From positions 79,217 to 143,216 of the forward strand of contig CALKQS010000008.1 in assembly GCA_937990725.1 (NCBI GenBank): a stretch of 64,000 nt of DNA, read 5' to 3'. The DNA comes from an uncultured Candidatus Saccharibacteria bacterium. GTDB lineage: Bacteria; Patescibacteriota; Saccharimonadia; Saccharimonadales; Saccharimonadaceae. This document shows, piece by piece, positions 35,382 through 44,654 of the stretch (position 1 is the stretch's first letter; each line of letters begins with the position of its first letter). The position numbers were made by a program, and so were the translations under genes. The notes below the pieces were generated by a model. The model was not told where the DNA came from, did not search any database, and worked only from the letters and a program-made list of their open reading frames with translations.

Positions 35382-37163
35382 TTATTCCTTTGTGACGCGG
35401 AGCACTTCTTCTACAGTAGTGTTGCCGCGGATTGCTTTTATTAATCCATCGGTGAGCATGGTGATCATCCCTTCGGCGACGGCTTGGTCTTGGATTTCGT
35501 TGCTGGTATTGCCGCCAATGATCATTTTCTGGATTTCGCGCGAAGTGCCGAGAACTTCGTAGATACCCACCCGGCCTTTGAAGCCGGTGTGATTGCACTC
35601 ATCGCAGCCATTTGGGTTTGGCCGCCAGAGGGCAGCGATGGTGGTGTCCGTCGTGCCCCAGGGTGTCTCACCACCGACCTTTTGGACAATGGCTTGAGCC
35701 TCGAGCTGATGAATGTAATAGAAATTTTGGCCTGGTGCAAGGTGAAAGAGGCGGACGATTTCTGCGACTTCTGTTTGGTTGGGTACGTAACTCTGTCGGC
35801 AATTCATACAGAGGCGGCGCACCAGGCGCTGGCCCACTACAGCCTTAACGGTACTAGCGATGAGGAAGGGCTCGATCCCCATATCCAGCAGGCGTGGCAA
35901 GCAGGTAGCGGCGTTGTTGGTGTGGAGCGTACTAAATACCAAGTGGCCGGTTAGGGCAGCCTGCACACCAAGGTTGGCCGTCTCGCCGTCGCGGATCTCA
36001 CCCACCATAATAATATTTGGGTCTTGGCGCAGCAGAGCACGCAGACCGCTGGCAAAGGTCATACCGGCTTTGCTATTGGTTTGGGTTTGGTTGACGCCGG
36101 GGATCTTATATTCCACCGGATCTTCAATGGTTGAGATATTGACCTCAGGTGTATTAAGCATCGACAGGACGGAGAAGAGCGAGGTAGACTTGCCACTCCC
36201 GGTCGGGCCCGTCACGAGGATCATCCCGTTTGGTTCGGTCAGTGCTTGGTTAATAACAGCCAGCGAATGACCCCAGTAGCCGAGCTGCTCGAGCGTTACT
36301 GCTTGGTTGGATTCGTCAAGGATACGCATCACTACCTTCTCGCCATCAGCGATGGGCAGTGTGCTAACGCGCAGGGCATATTGCTTGCCTGCGACTTTGA
36401 TCTTAAAGCGACCGTCTTGTGGTACGCGGCGTTCATCTATCTTGAGGTTGGAGAGGATTTTAATGCGGCTTACGAGCGCGCCAAGCACATTCTTGGGTAG
36501 GCGGTTTACTTCTTTAAGGACGCCATCAATCCGGTAGCGCACCTGCACGAATTGCTCGCGAGGCTCGATGTGGATATCGCTGGCATTGCTGCGGATGGCA
36601 TACTCTAGTAACAGATTAACCGTCTGGGCGATTGGTGAGTCTTCTGCTACCTCTGCTTCGGTCACCTTTTGGTTAGAGCCATCATCCTCGCGCTGGATAT
36701 CGATCACTTCCTTGAGCTCCTGCGTCACATCGCCGCGGTACCCCTCAAGGCATTCCAAGATATTGCTGCGCGGTGCAATGTAGACACGGGTGTTGGTGCC
36801 AATTTCCTTCTCGATAAAGTTAACGGCTTGCACATCGTCTGGGTCGTCCATTGCGAGGTGGATGAGTCCATTGGGGTCGATCTTGAAGATGACAGCATTA
36901 TACTGGCGGGCGATTCGCTCAGGGATGCGCATGAGGATATCGGAGGGGATATCACGCGGATCGGGCTCGATGTAAGGGATGTCAGCGTAGGTAGCGTAGA
37001 GCTTGGTGAGAGCACGTTCGTCGATGAGGTTATTTTGCAAGACAATATCTTGCAGCCGCAAATTAGACGACGCAGCCTCACTCACTAGTGGTTGGAGCTG
37101 CTGGCTGGTTGCAGCGCCACTGCGCTCGAGAAGTTTGACGATAGTAGAATCCGATATATGCAT
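35382..37163 (-). CDS. pilB: type IV pilus assembly ATPase PilB (GspE family)
   Basis: N-terminal GSPII domain, Walker A GPTGSGKST, Asp box, Walker B MVGEIRD, and the tetracysteine CMNC...CDEC motif. Confidence 0.93.
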   Translation of the reverse strand: MHISDSTIVKLLERSGAATSQQLQPLVSEAASSNLRLQDIVLQNNLIDERALTKLYATYADIPYIEPDPRDIPSDILMRIPERIARQYNAVIFKIDPNGLIHLAMDDPDDVQAVNFIEKEIGTNTRVYIAPRSNILECLEGYRGDVTQELKEVIDIQREDDGSNQKVTEAEVAEDSPIAQTVNLLLEYAIRSNASDIHIEPREQFVQVRYRIDGVLKEVNRLPKNVLGALVSRIKILSNLKIDERRVPQDGRFKIKVAGKQYALRVSTLPIADGEKVVMRILDESNQAVTLEQLGYWGHSLAVINQALTEPNGMILVTGPTGSGKSTSLFSVLSMLNTPEVNISTIEDPVEYKIPGVNQTQTNSKAGMTFASGLRALLRQDPNIIMVGEIRDGETANLGVQAALTGHLVFSTLHTNNAATCLPRLLDMGIEPFLIASTVKAVVGQRLVRRLCMNCRQSYVPNQTEVAEIVRLFHLAPGQNFYYIHQLEAQAIVQKVGGETPWGTTDTTIAALWRPNPNGCDECNHTGFKGRVGIYEVLGTSREIQKMIIGGNTSNEIQDQAVAEGMITMLTDGLIKAIRGNTTVEEVLRVTKE

Positions 37164-37263
37164 AGTACTTACGCTTAATTGTAGCTCATTATGCTTATGC
37201 TGGCTAGAGGATAGCGCAATATTCGTGTTAGCAGAGGTGAGGCTGTGCTATACTAGAGCCAGT

Positions 37264-37722
37264 ATGCGTGTTATCTGTCAATCACTTGCTGATACGGTGC
37301 AGCTTGGCCAGCGCCTTGGCCAGGCGTTACGCGGTGGTGAGGTGATTGTGCTAGTAGGGGATATTGGCGCAGGCAAGACGACGCTCGTCAAGGGGGTTGC
37401 GCGTGGCCTCGCCATTACCGATGATGTCCAGAGCCCAACTTTTACGATTAGTCGGCTGTATCATGGGCGCGATGATATCCAGCTTGCGCATTATGATTTT
37501 TATCGTTTGGGCGATGCAGGGGTGATGCAGCTTGAGCTGGCAGAGGCGATTGCTGAGCCTCGCACAGTGACCATCATCGAGTGGGCTCAGGCTGTAGTGG
37601 ATGTCGTCCCGCTCGATCACCTAACGATCACCATTACTGCACAGAGCGAGACAGTCCGCCAGCTGGATATTGAGGCTGGTGGTACCGTGTCGACCCAGCT
37701 TCTCCAGGAGGTGTCGGCGTGA
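37264..37722 (+). CDS. tsaE: tRNA t6A37 biosynthesis ATPase TsaE
   Basis: GDIGAGKTTLVKG, SPTF.I and HYDFYRL motifs. TGcTATACT lies 9 nt upstream. The ORF-track extension back to 37003 overlaps pilB and is rejected. Confidence 0.85.
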   Translation: MRVICQSLADTVQLGQRLGQALRGGEVIVLVGDIGAGKTTLVKGVARGLAITDDVQSPTFTISRLYHGRDDIQLAHYDFYRLGDAGVMQLELAEAIAEPRTVTIIEWAQAVVDVVPLDHLTITITAQSETVRQLDIEAGGTVSTQLLQEVSA

Positions 37723-38108
37723 TTATTTTGTGGAATAGCGCGGGGATGGTCGTGGAGCTAACATTGGTAGATGACACTGGTACTCAGACGAGTTATGAGT
37801 GGCCAGCTGGCCGCACTCTGGCGCGTGATATGCTGGCTTATCTGCGTGATCGCTTGGCCGAGCATGGCAAGACACTGGCGGATGTCACTGGCATTGGGGT
37901 GTTGCCCGGGCCAGGGAGCTTTACGGGGCTGCGGATTGGCCTAACGGTGCTTAATACACTTGCGCACGAGCAGCATATCCCGATCGTTGGCGCGGTGAGT
38001 GATGATTGGCGCGCTACCTGCCTTAAGCGGCTAGCACATGGTGAGGATGATAACATTGTCTTACCTCAGTACGGTGCAGCTGCACACATCACCCAACCAA
38101 AGAAATAG
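37719..38108 (+). CDS. tsaB: TsaB-like t6A37 biosynthesis protein (short form)
   Basis: GIGVLPGPGSFTGLRIGLTVLNTLA. GTGA overlap with tsaE. Only 129 aa. Confidence 0.7.
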   Translation: MIILWNSAGMVVELTLVDDTGTQTSYEWPAGRTLARDMLAYLRDRLAEHGKTLADVTGIGVLPGPGSFTGLRIGLTVLNTLAHEQHIPIVGAVSDDWRATCLKRLAHGEDDNIVLPQYGAAAHITQPKK

Positions 38109-38302
38109 CTGATGTGAAGCATAAGGGTAATAAATCGTTACCTCTGTAAATAGATAGACCGCTATATTGCCAGTTGCGCAAATTGGCCAAAACGCGATAC
38201 AATATACTAGTCTGTAGATAGTTTTAATGTTTGATAATACCGGTGTGGGCTGACGTAAGTCTGATGTAATAAGAACAACACATATCCGGAGAAAGGAATA
38301 CC

Positions 38303-39790
38303 ATGATAGAAGTACTCTTCGCGGCGGTTGGCGTGGCGCTTGGTTTTGGTGGCAAGTACGCCTACGATCGTCAGCAAACTACCAATGGTCAGCGGGCAAT
38401 CGACAAAGAATTGGCTCAGGCCAAACAGCAGGCGGGTGATATCGTCCTCAAGGCGAAGGATGAGGCACTGCGGATCGAGAATGAGCGCCGCCGCGCGATG
38501 CAAAAGACGGAGAATCGTTTGCTCGAGCGCGAGGCAAGCCTCGATCGCAAACTCGACGAGCTTGATCGCCGCAGTGAGAAGCTCCGCAAGAGTGAAACAG
38601 AGGTCGACGAGCTGAAGAATGAGATCCGTGAGATTCGGGGCCGGCAGCAGGCTAAGCTCGAGAAAATCGCTGGTCTCACCAAGCAAGATGCCGCCAGCAA
38701 GCTGATGCACATGACCGAGCGCGACATTCGCCAAGACCTGACTGGTTTGGTTGATAAATTACAGCGCGAAGCAATGGACGATGCCGAGGAGAAGGCTCAG
38801 ATGATCCTCGTGACAGCGATGGAGCGTATGAGCAGCGAAGTGACGGCCGAGCGCACAGTCACTGCTATTAAGTTGCCCGACGACGATATGAAAGGTCGCA
38901 TCATTGGTAAAGAAGGGCGCAATATCCAAGCTCTGCAGCGAGCTACCGGTGTTGATATCTTGGTGGATGACACGCCAGGGATGATCGTCCTCAGTAGCTT
39001 TGATCCAGTGCGGCGCCAAGTGGCACGCCTGAGTCTTGAGATGTTAATGAAGGACGGGCGGATCCACCCTGGTCGCATCGAGGAGGTCGTGGCCAAGGCA
39101 AACAAGCAGATTGACAAAGAAGTCGTGCGCGCTGGTGAAGATGCGGCGCGTGAGATCGGGGTGGCTGGTATTCCAAAGGAGCTGCTCCACCTTGTGGGTG
39201 AGCTGAAGTTTCGAACGAGCTATGGCCAAAACGTCTTGAAGCACAGTACCGAGATGGCGCAGATTGCGGGGTTGATTGCAGCAGAGATTGGGGCAGATGT
39301 ACGCACCGTCAAGATCGCCACGCTGCTCCACGACATGGGTAAGGCAGTGACGCACAAGATGGAAGGCAAGCACCACCACATTGGCGCAGAGCTAGCACGC
39401 AAGGCGGGCTTGAGCGAGGCAATTTGCCACGCCATTGAAGCTCATCACGATGATATTGAAGCCACAACACCTGAGGCAATTGTTGTGCGAGTATGCGATG
39501 CAGCCAGTGCTGCTCGGCCTGGCGCACGCAACATGAGCGCCGAGAACTTCGTCGAGCGAATGCGCGACCTCGAGAATGTTGCGACTAGCTTCCGCGGTAT
39601 CGACAAAGCCTACGCAATTAGTGCTGGCCGCGAAGTACGTGTCATTGTTCGGCCAGAAGTAGTGGATGATCTGAGTGCCATCAAACTCGCGCGAGATATT
39701 GCTACCAAGATTGAGAGTACTATGCAATACCCCGGTACAATCAAGGTCAACGTGATCCGCGAGACACGGGCGATCGAATTCGCCAAATAG
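38303..39790 (+). CDS. rny: ribonuclease Y
   Basis: N-terminal TM helix, coiled coil, KH domain (GRIIGKEGRNIQAL) and HD domain (LLHDMGKA...HH). Confidence 0.95.
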   Translation: MIEVLFAAVGVALGFGGKYAYDRQQTTNGQRAIDKELAQAKQQAGDIVLKAKDEALRIENERRRAMQKTENRLLEREASLDRKLDELDRRSEKLRKSETEVDELKNEIREIRGRQQAKLEKIAGLTKQDAASKLMHMTERDIRQDLTGLVDKLQREAMDDAEEKAQMILVTAMERMSSEVTAERTVTAIKLPDDDMKGRIIGKEGRNIQALQRATGVDILVDDTPGMIVLSSFDPVRRQVARLSLEMLMKDGRIHPGRIEEVVAKANKQIDKEVVRAGEDAAREIGVAGIPKELLHLVGELKFRTSYGQNVLKHSTEMAQIAGLIAAEIGADVRTVKIATLLHDMGKAVTHKMEGKHHHIGAELARKAGLSEAICHAIEAHHDDIEATTPEAIVVRVCDAASAARPGARNMSAENFVERMRDLENVATSFRGIDKAYAISAGREVRVIVRPEVVDDLSAIKLARDIATKIESTMQYPGTIKVNVIRETRAIEFAK

Positions 39791-39820
39791 GGGTGTATCT
39801 ATCTATCTCCTGCAAACGAT

Positions 39821-39850
39821 AAACCGGTCAAGCAAATTGGCCGGTTTTTG
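39821..39850 (+). terminator. intrinsic terminator after rny
   Basis: AAACCGGTC-aagcaaatt-GGCCGGTTT followed by TTGTTTTG. Confidence 0.6.
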
Positions 39851-40215
39851 TTTTGTAGATGTATCATATGAGATAAGAATGCCTAGATGCCCGAGCGAGT
39901 AATAAACCCTTGTTTGCAGTATGAGCCTTTCTCATCTAAAGAGACAATGTATTTCAGTATCCAAGCTCTGCTATAAACGTAGTAGACGCTTTTATGTGTT
40001 CCTAGTGTAAAAGGTAGGAGTATAAGTAGATGCAAATAAAATGAGAATCTTCGATGTAAGTCCAACACTACAGAGGGCTGATATGAACAAAGAACTACTT
40101 TTTACAGGAGAGATGAAGCGAGTAGGAGGTAACGCCAAGCGGTTACGACAGAGAAGTGGAGAATGCACTTTTTGAAACAAGAATAATTTCGTCACGCGCA
40201 AAACACAAAGCTAGC

Positions 40216-40854
40216 TTACGATGCAGCCTCACCCTGCTTCTCGGCAACAATAACGACTCGGCCAGTCTTGGCACCGCCTAAGTCGCAGCTGTAGAGCGTC
40301 AGGCGGGCGTCTTCTGTTGGGGCTTCGATCTCAACGCTGGTTGGTTTGACGTCAAATTTCTTGGTGATTTTGTAGTTGTAGCGTTTGCCTTGGTAGTCGG
40401 CGAGAATTTGGTCACCTAGGGCAAGCTTGTCGATATGAAAGAATGGTGATTTTTCTACTGTGCCGCCAGGCGTTGGCTGGATACTAAAGCGATGGGCTGC
40501 CACGACGAAGTTGCCGCCCTTCTCAGGGTTGCCGTGGTCTGGGTAGCGCCACCACGCACCACGGTCGAGGGCGAGTTTGCCATTAGTACCGTACGGAATA
40601 TTAACGCCGATCTTGGGGATGATAATACGATTGTCTTTGGCTTCAGGCTTGGCAAGTGTCGCTACAGTAATTGGCTTCGTAAAGTGCGGTGCAATGATTG
40701 GTGATGTAGTGAGCAGGAGTAGATACCCTCCCATTAACAAAAAGAGGACTGCGACAGTACCGAATATCCAGTTTGGTATCGAAATACGTGGCAAGCGCAT
40801 ACGCGAACGACGCGGCGCGGATGGCTGCCGCTTTGCTTTATTCATTGCTAGCAT
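40216..40854 (-). CDS. sortase family transpeptidase (class E-like by inferred substrate motif)
   Basis: N-terminal membrane anchor, catalytic His (VVAAHR), Cys (LTLYSCD) and Arg (TGRVVIV). SD GAGGAG before ATG 40854. Confidence 0.75.
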   Translation of the reverse strand: MLAMNKAKRQPSAPRRSRMRLPRISIPNWIFGTVAVLFLLMGGYLLLLTTSPIIAPHFTKPITVATLAKPEAKDNRIIIPKIGVNIPYGTNGKLALDRGAWWRYPDHGNPEKGGNFVVAAHRFSIQPTPGGTVEKSPFFHIDKLALGDQILADYQGKRYNYKITKKFDVKPTSVEIEAPTEDARLTLYSCDLGGAKTGRVVIVAEKQGEAAS

Positions 40855-41141
40855 AATAACTCCTCATCTCTGTCTATTATACGGCACGAGCAGCAGCACG
40901 CCAATAGCATGACCGTCATAGTATTGATAGACGAGCTCTATTAGGTAACTTTGCTCTAGAGTAGAGTCGATAGAAAACTCTTGCATTTCATCTACAGTTT
41001 TATTCGATAGAGTGTATAGATCAATCACTAATCTAACTCTGGTGTTGATAGTTAAATAATGGTATCCCTTATAGCGATATCAAAAAATAACTTGCAAGCA
41101 GAGAAGTCAACATTGAAAGGGTTAGTGTGGAGGCGTGGTCT

Positions 41142-41174
41142 AAAAGCCACCCACTCAAAGTAAGAGTGAGTGGC
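41142..41174 (-). terminator. intrinsic terminator after eno
   Basis: The minus strand reads GCCACTCACTC-ttacttt-GAGTGGGTGGC-TTTT, an 11-bp stem with one G-U pair. Confidence 0.55.
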
Positions 41175-41203
41175 ATAGTAGTGCCGTGTGGCGAGGTAGG
41201 CTA

Positions 41204-42484
41204 CTACTGCTTGAATGGCTGCGCGAGAGTGAGACTCTCGTCTGCCTCGGCAATGCGGAGCAGTTCGTTGTACTTCGCTACGCGGTCGGTGCGCGAGAGT
41301 GAGCCGGTCTTGATCTGCCCACAGCCCAGGCCAACTGCCAAGTGACTGATCGTGGTGTCCTCTGTCTCGCCAGAGCGGTGGCTCATCACAGTGCGCCAGC
41401 CAGCGTTTTGGGCAAGCTGCACAGCTTGGATTGTCTCGCTGAGTGAGCCGATTTGGTTGGGCTTGACGAGGAGTGCATTGGCAGCGTCTTGGTCGATCGC
41501 TTGCTGGATGAGGCTTGTATTCGTGACGAGTAGGTCATCGCCCACCAGCTGGACGCGGTCGCCGAGGCGTTGGCGGAGCTGCTGCCAGCCTGCCCAGTCG
41601 CCCTCGGCTAGGCCGTCTTCGATGCTGACGATTGGGAATTCGTCGACAAGGGCAGCCAGCCAGTCGATCATCTCACTGCTGGTTAGGCTCTTGCCTTCGC
41701 ACTTTAGCTCATAGCGGCCGTCATGGTAGAACTCACTCGAGGCAGCATCCATTGCAAAGACGACGTCTGTGCCAACGGTGTAGCCAGCATTGGTAATGGC
41801 CTCGCTGAGTAAGGCGAGCGGCTCGCGGTTGCCCTGGCGGACGCGTGGTGCGTAGCCACCTTCGTCGCCAACAGTGGTGGGGTAGTCGTGTGCTTTGAGG
41901 ACTTTGGCAAGAGCGTGGAAGATTTCGGTGCCCATGCGGAGGGTGTCTGCAAAGGTTGTCGCACCCTTGCAGATGATCATAAACTCTTGGATATCAGTCG
42001 CAAATGCGGCGTGCGCACCACCGTTGAGAACATTCATCATTGGCAGGGGAAGGCTTGGTGTGCTGTCAGTTTGCTCGGCAATGTAGCGCCAGAGTGGTTG
42101 CTGCTTGGCATGAGCAACAGCCTTGGCAGTAGCCAGGCTAACACTGAGGATGGCATTAGCACCGAGCTTAGACTTGTTATCTGTTCCATCAAGGGCAAGC
42201 ATTGCATTATCAATCGCCTGCTGGTCGCTCGCATCGTTGCCTAACAATGCTGGGGCAATAATATCGTTAACGTGGGCAACTGCCTGGCTCACCCCTTTGC
42301 CAGTCCACTGGTTGCCACCATCGCGTAGCTCCAGTGCTTCGCCCGCACCGGTACTTGCCCCGCTTGGGACGGCCGCTCGGCCCAGTGTACCATCAGCAAG
42401 GATGACGTCCGCTTCGACGGTGGGGTTGCCGCGGCTGTCTAAGATTTGTCGTGCTTTTATGGTTTGGATAGAGTAGTTGTTCAT
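41204..42484 (-). CDS. eno: enolase (phosphopyruvate hydratase)
   Basis: Full-length similarity. SHRSGETED and IKxNQIG-type ([12 protein letters not shown]) motifs. Confidence 0.97.
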   Translation of the reverse strand: MNNYSIQTIKARQILDSRGNPTVEADVILADGTLGRAAVPSGASTGAGEALELRDGGNQWTGKGVSQAVAHVNDIIAPALLGNDASDQQAIDNAMLALDGTDNKSKLGANAILSVSLATAKAVAHAKQQPLWRYIAEQTDSTPSLPLPMMNVLNGGAHAAFATDIQEFMIICKGATTFADTLRMGTEIFHALAKVLKAHDYPTTVGDEGGYAPRVRQGNREPLALLSEAITNAGYTVGTDVVFAMDAASSEFYHDGRYELKCEGKSLTSSEMIDWLAALVDEFPIVSIEDGLAEGDWAGWQQLRQRLGDRVQLVGDDLLVTNTSLIQQAIDQDAANALLVKPNQIGSLSETIQAVQLAQNAGWRTVMSHRSGETEDTTISHLAVGLGCGQIKTGSLSRTDRVAKYNELLRIAEADESLTLAQPFKQ

Positions 42485-42490
42485 GTCTTC

Positions 42491-42499
42491 TAGTATACC
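42491..42499 (-). promoter_or_regulatory. extended -10 TGgTATACT, 6 nt upstream of the eno ATG (leaderless-type)
   Basis: The minus strand reads TGGTATACT-agaaga/c-ATG. The -10 is at 42491-42496 and TG at 42498-42499. Confidence 0.55.
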
Positions 42500-42723
42500 A
42501 TCGAATGAAAATTAGTCGCTATTACCGTTAAAATAGCATGAACCAACTGCGAAAATTTTCATGCCAGACAAGGATATTGACAAAAGGTCATTTTGTAGAT
42601 TCAAGCATTGTATTTGTTAGCACACATGGTACAATATAATTACGGCAACGGTTAATGAAGCGGAGGGCGGCAGCAACCCTGCGCTCTTCGTTTCGCACCT
42701 ACACAGTAAGGAGGGCTATTCCC

Positions 42724-43104
42724 ATGACATTCAAAAAGGTAGGTATCCTTAGCGTATTGGCAGTTGGCTCAATGGCGGCGGGATCTTTGCTGTTTAATAC
42801 AGCACCAGCGTCGGCAGAGAGTTTCGGGCCGACAGCCAATGACAACGGTACATCCGTTGTCCAATACTACGATGGGACGAAACTGTTTTGCGTTTCTGAT
42901 GCAAACTACCCCGATGGCACACCTGGCACGACAGCCTTTACAGTGGCGCCAACCCAAGGCAACGGCCCGAGCTATGGCCAAATTCTTGGCGCAGGCGAGA
43001 CCGGCTGTGTTAGCCTTGAGGCAGCACCAGAGGGAGCAGCATATCGCTACTGGCTGTTGTCTCGTACCGACGGATCAGTATACCAAGGCGATTTCGTTCG
43101 CTAA
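42724..43104 (+). CDS. small secreted hypothetical protein
   Basis: SD AAGGAGG before ATG 42724. Signal peptide MTFKKVGILSVLAVGSMAAGSLLFNTAPASA. Two Cys residues. No family recognised. Confidence 0.5.
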   Translation: MTFKKVGILSVLAVGSMAAGSLLFNTAPASAESFGPTANDNGTSVVQYYDGTKLFCVSDANYPDGTPGTTAFTVAPTQGNGPSYGQILGAGETGCVSLEAAPEGAAYRYWLLSRTDGSVYQGDFVR

Positions 43105-43167
43105 ATAACTACTCACTGTAAGCATCCGATATACCCAAAAAACGAAAATGAAACCCCCGTTGTCGCA

Positions 43168-43188
43168 GCCCCCTTCCGGGGGCTTTTT
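43168..43188 (+). terminator. intrinsic terminator
   Basis: GCCCCC-ttcc-GGGGGC followed by TTTTT. Confidence 0.75.
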
Positions 43189-43264
43189 GAATCTTGAGCG
43201 ATTACACAGTTCTTGCATTACTCTCTTAGTAGGTAGGTGTATAGCACTCGCGCCAATAGTGCCG

Positions 43265-43270
43265 TATAAT
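43265..43270 (+). promoter_or_regulatory. -10 box TATAAT, 6 nt upstream of the gpmA ATG (leaderless-type)
   Basis: TATAAT, gap ggagac, then ATG 43277. Confidence 0.5.
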
Positions 43271-43276
43271 GGAGAC

Positions 43277-43927
43277 ATGACAGGAACACTTATCATCAGC
43301 CGGCACGGCGAAAGCGAATGGAATCTACAAGGTAAATGGACAGGCTGGACAGATGTGAGCCTCACCGAGAAGGGCAAAAGCGATACACGTCAGCTTGGTG
43401 AGTTCTTGCGTGGTCGCACCATCGATGCAGTGTATACTTCGGCGCTCAAACGAACACATGAGACACTTGATGCGTTGATGGAAGGTGCAGATAACCCAAT
43501 CCGCTCCAGTGATGCTGCGGTGGTGCACGCCTCTGAGCTCAACGAGCGTGACTACGGTAACCTAACGGGCAAGAACAAGTGGGAGGTCAAAGAAGAGATT
43601 GGCGAGAAGGCCTTTAATGGTATCCGGCGCGGCTGGGATTATCCCGTACCTGGTGGTGAGACGCTCAAAGATGTGTATGAGCGCACGATCCCGTATTTTG
43701 AAGCAGAGATATTGCCACGGCTCCAGGCAGGTGAGACCGTACTGATTGTGGCGCACGGCAACACGATTCGCGCGCTTATGAAGTACCTTGACCGAATCCC
43801 CGAGGAAGACATGGGCACAGTGGAGATGCCCTTTGGCCAATTGCTTGTCTATACATTTGAGCCTGGCACAGCATACCCCACTGCATGCGATGTGCTTAAA
43901 GCAGATATTGTACCGCCCAAGGCGTAA
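43277..43927 (+). CDS. gpmA: 2,3-bisphosphoglycerate-dependent phosphoglycerate mutase
   Basis: LIISRHGESEWN (RHGE catalytic motif), ERDYG, and the second His at VAHGNTIRAL. Confidence 0.9.
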   Translation: MTGTLIISRHGESEWNLQGKWTGWTDVSLTEKGKSDTRQLGEFLRGRTIDAVYTSALKRTHETLDALMEGADNPIRSSDAAVVHASELNERDYGNLTGKNKWEVKEEIGEKAFNGIRRGWDYPVPGGETLKDVYERTIPYFEAEILPRLQAGETVLIVAHGNTIRALMKYLDRIPEEDMGTVEMPFGQLLVYTFEPGTAYPTACDVLKADIVPPKA

Positions 43928-44059
43928 AGTGGTTCGTACCACATCATGAAATACCAGGGTATTCTGTAGTGATACTCGCTTAGTGGTTTATTTCTTGAAT
44001 GAAGACCGAGAATGGCCTTATACTTGTTGGTGAGTGCTTCAGTTTTGATAGCAAGACAG

Positions 44060-44089
44060 TAGACAAGCCGCCATATTGTGTGGTATGAT
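44060..44089 (+). promoter_or_regulatory. candidate promoter for the tRNA-Pro pair
   Basis: TAGACA at 44060-44065, an 18-nt spacer, TATGAT at 44084-44089. The first tRNA starts at 44107. Confidence 0.4.
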
Positions 44090-44106
44090 GGCAAAGTCTT
44101 GTATCG

Positions 44107-44183
44107 CGGGGTGTGGCGCAGCTTGGTAGCGCGCACCGTTCGGGACGGTGAGGTCGCTGGTTCAAATCCAGTCACCCCGACCA
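44107..44183 (+). tRNA. tRNA-Pro (anticodon CGG), CCA encoded
   Basis: Acceptor CGGGGTG/CACCCCG, anticodon arm CACCG-TTCGGGA-CGGTG, T-loop TTCAAAT, then ACCA. Confidence 0.93.
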
Positions 44184-44230
44184 TACTTTGCTCCGGCAAA
44201 GAGTGGTCGCCCGTGTGATATAAAACGTAT

Positions 44231-44306
44231 CGGGGTGTGGCGCAGTTGATAGCGCGCGCGGTTTGGGACCGCGAGGTCGCTGGTTTGAGTCCAGTCACCC
44301 CGACCA
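44231..44306 (+). tRNA. tRNA-Pro (anticodon UGG), CCA encoded
   Basis: Same acceptor, D-stem and T-stem as the first copy. Anticodon arm CGCGG-TTTGGGA-CCGCG. Unusual T-loop TTTGAGT and D-loop AGTTGATA. Confidence 0.9.
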
Positions 44307-44454
44307 TTTTTGCTTTAAGTCTTACTCTCACGCTATGGATGTTTCGGACGTAAGGCTTTTTTATTTGCTTTGCTCTAGTCGTCACTCACTATAATGCAAA
44401 ATACTTGCATGCATATTGCATAGATTGGTTGACTGTTTTATAATGACAACCATT

Positions 44455-44580
44455 ATGAGCGAAAAAAGCACCCCCGAAAACAAAGCAGATGAAATGATGT
44501 TAACGCAGAGTGAAGTTCAACAGCAGGATGACACTTGGTTTCTGAGGGCTATCGCGAAAAATAGGGATAGGCGAACTTAG
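44455..44580 (+). CDS. candidate 41-aa small ORF (MSEKSTPENKADEMMLTQSEVQQQDDTWFLRAIAKNRDRRT)
   Basis: Not in the ORF track because it is too short. It is preceded by TTGCAT (44416-44421), a 17-nt spacer and TATAAT (44439-44444), with ATG 10 nt downstream. No similarity recognised, so this is speculative. Confidence 0.25.
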   Translation: MSEKSTPENKADEMMLTQSEVQQQDDTWFLRAIAKNRDRRT

Positions 44581-44654
44581 GAGTGCGCCGGTAACTATTC
44601 CGAAAACGAAGAAAAGGCCGATTAGACGTGTCAAAGTAACGCAAATACCAATTT

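Noticed and set aside
37003-37263. N-terminal 87-aa extension of the TsaE ORF as listed in the ORF track.
   Set aside because: The extension overlaps the 5' end of pilB on the opposite strand and has no TsaE similarity. A TGcTATACT promoter and ATG 37264 (MRVICQSL..) fit TsaE homologues.
43849-44385. 178-aa minus-strand ORF spanning the gpmA end and both tRNA-Pro genes.
   Set aside because: It runs antisense across two well-formed tRNA genes, and the repeated peptide segments (MVGVTG.KPATS) simply reflect the duplicated tRNA sequence.
44429-44444. TTGACT followed by TATAAT, looking like a consensus promoter.
   Set aside because: The spacer is only 4 nt. The upstream TTGCAT at 44416-44421 gives the proper 17-nt spacing and was used instead.
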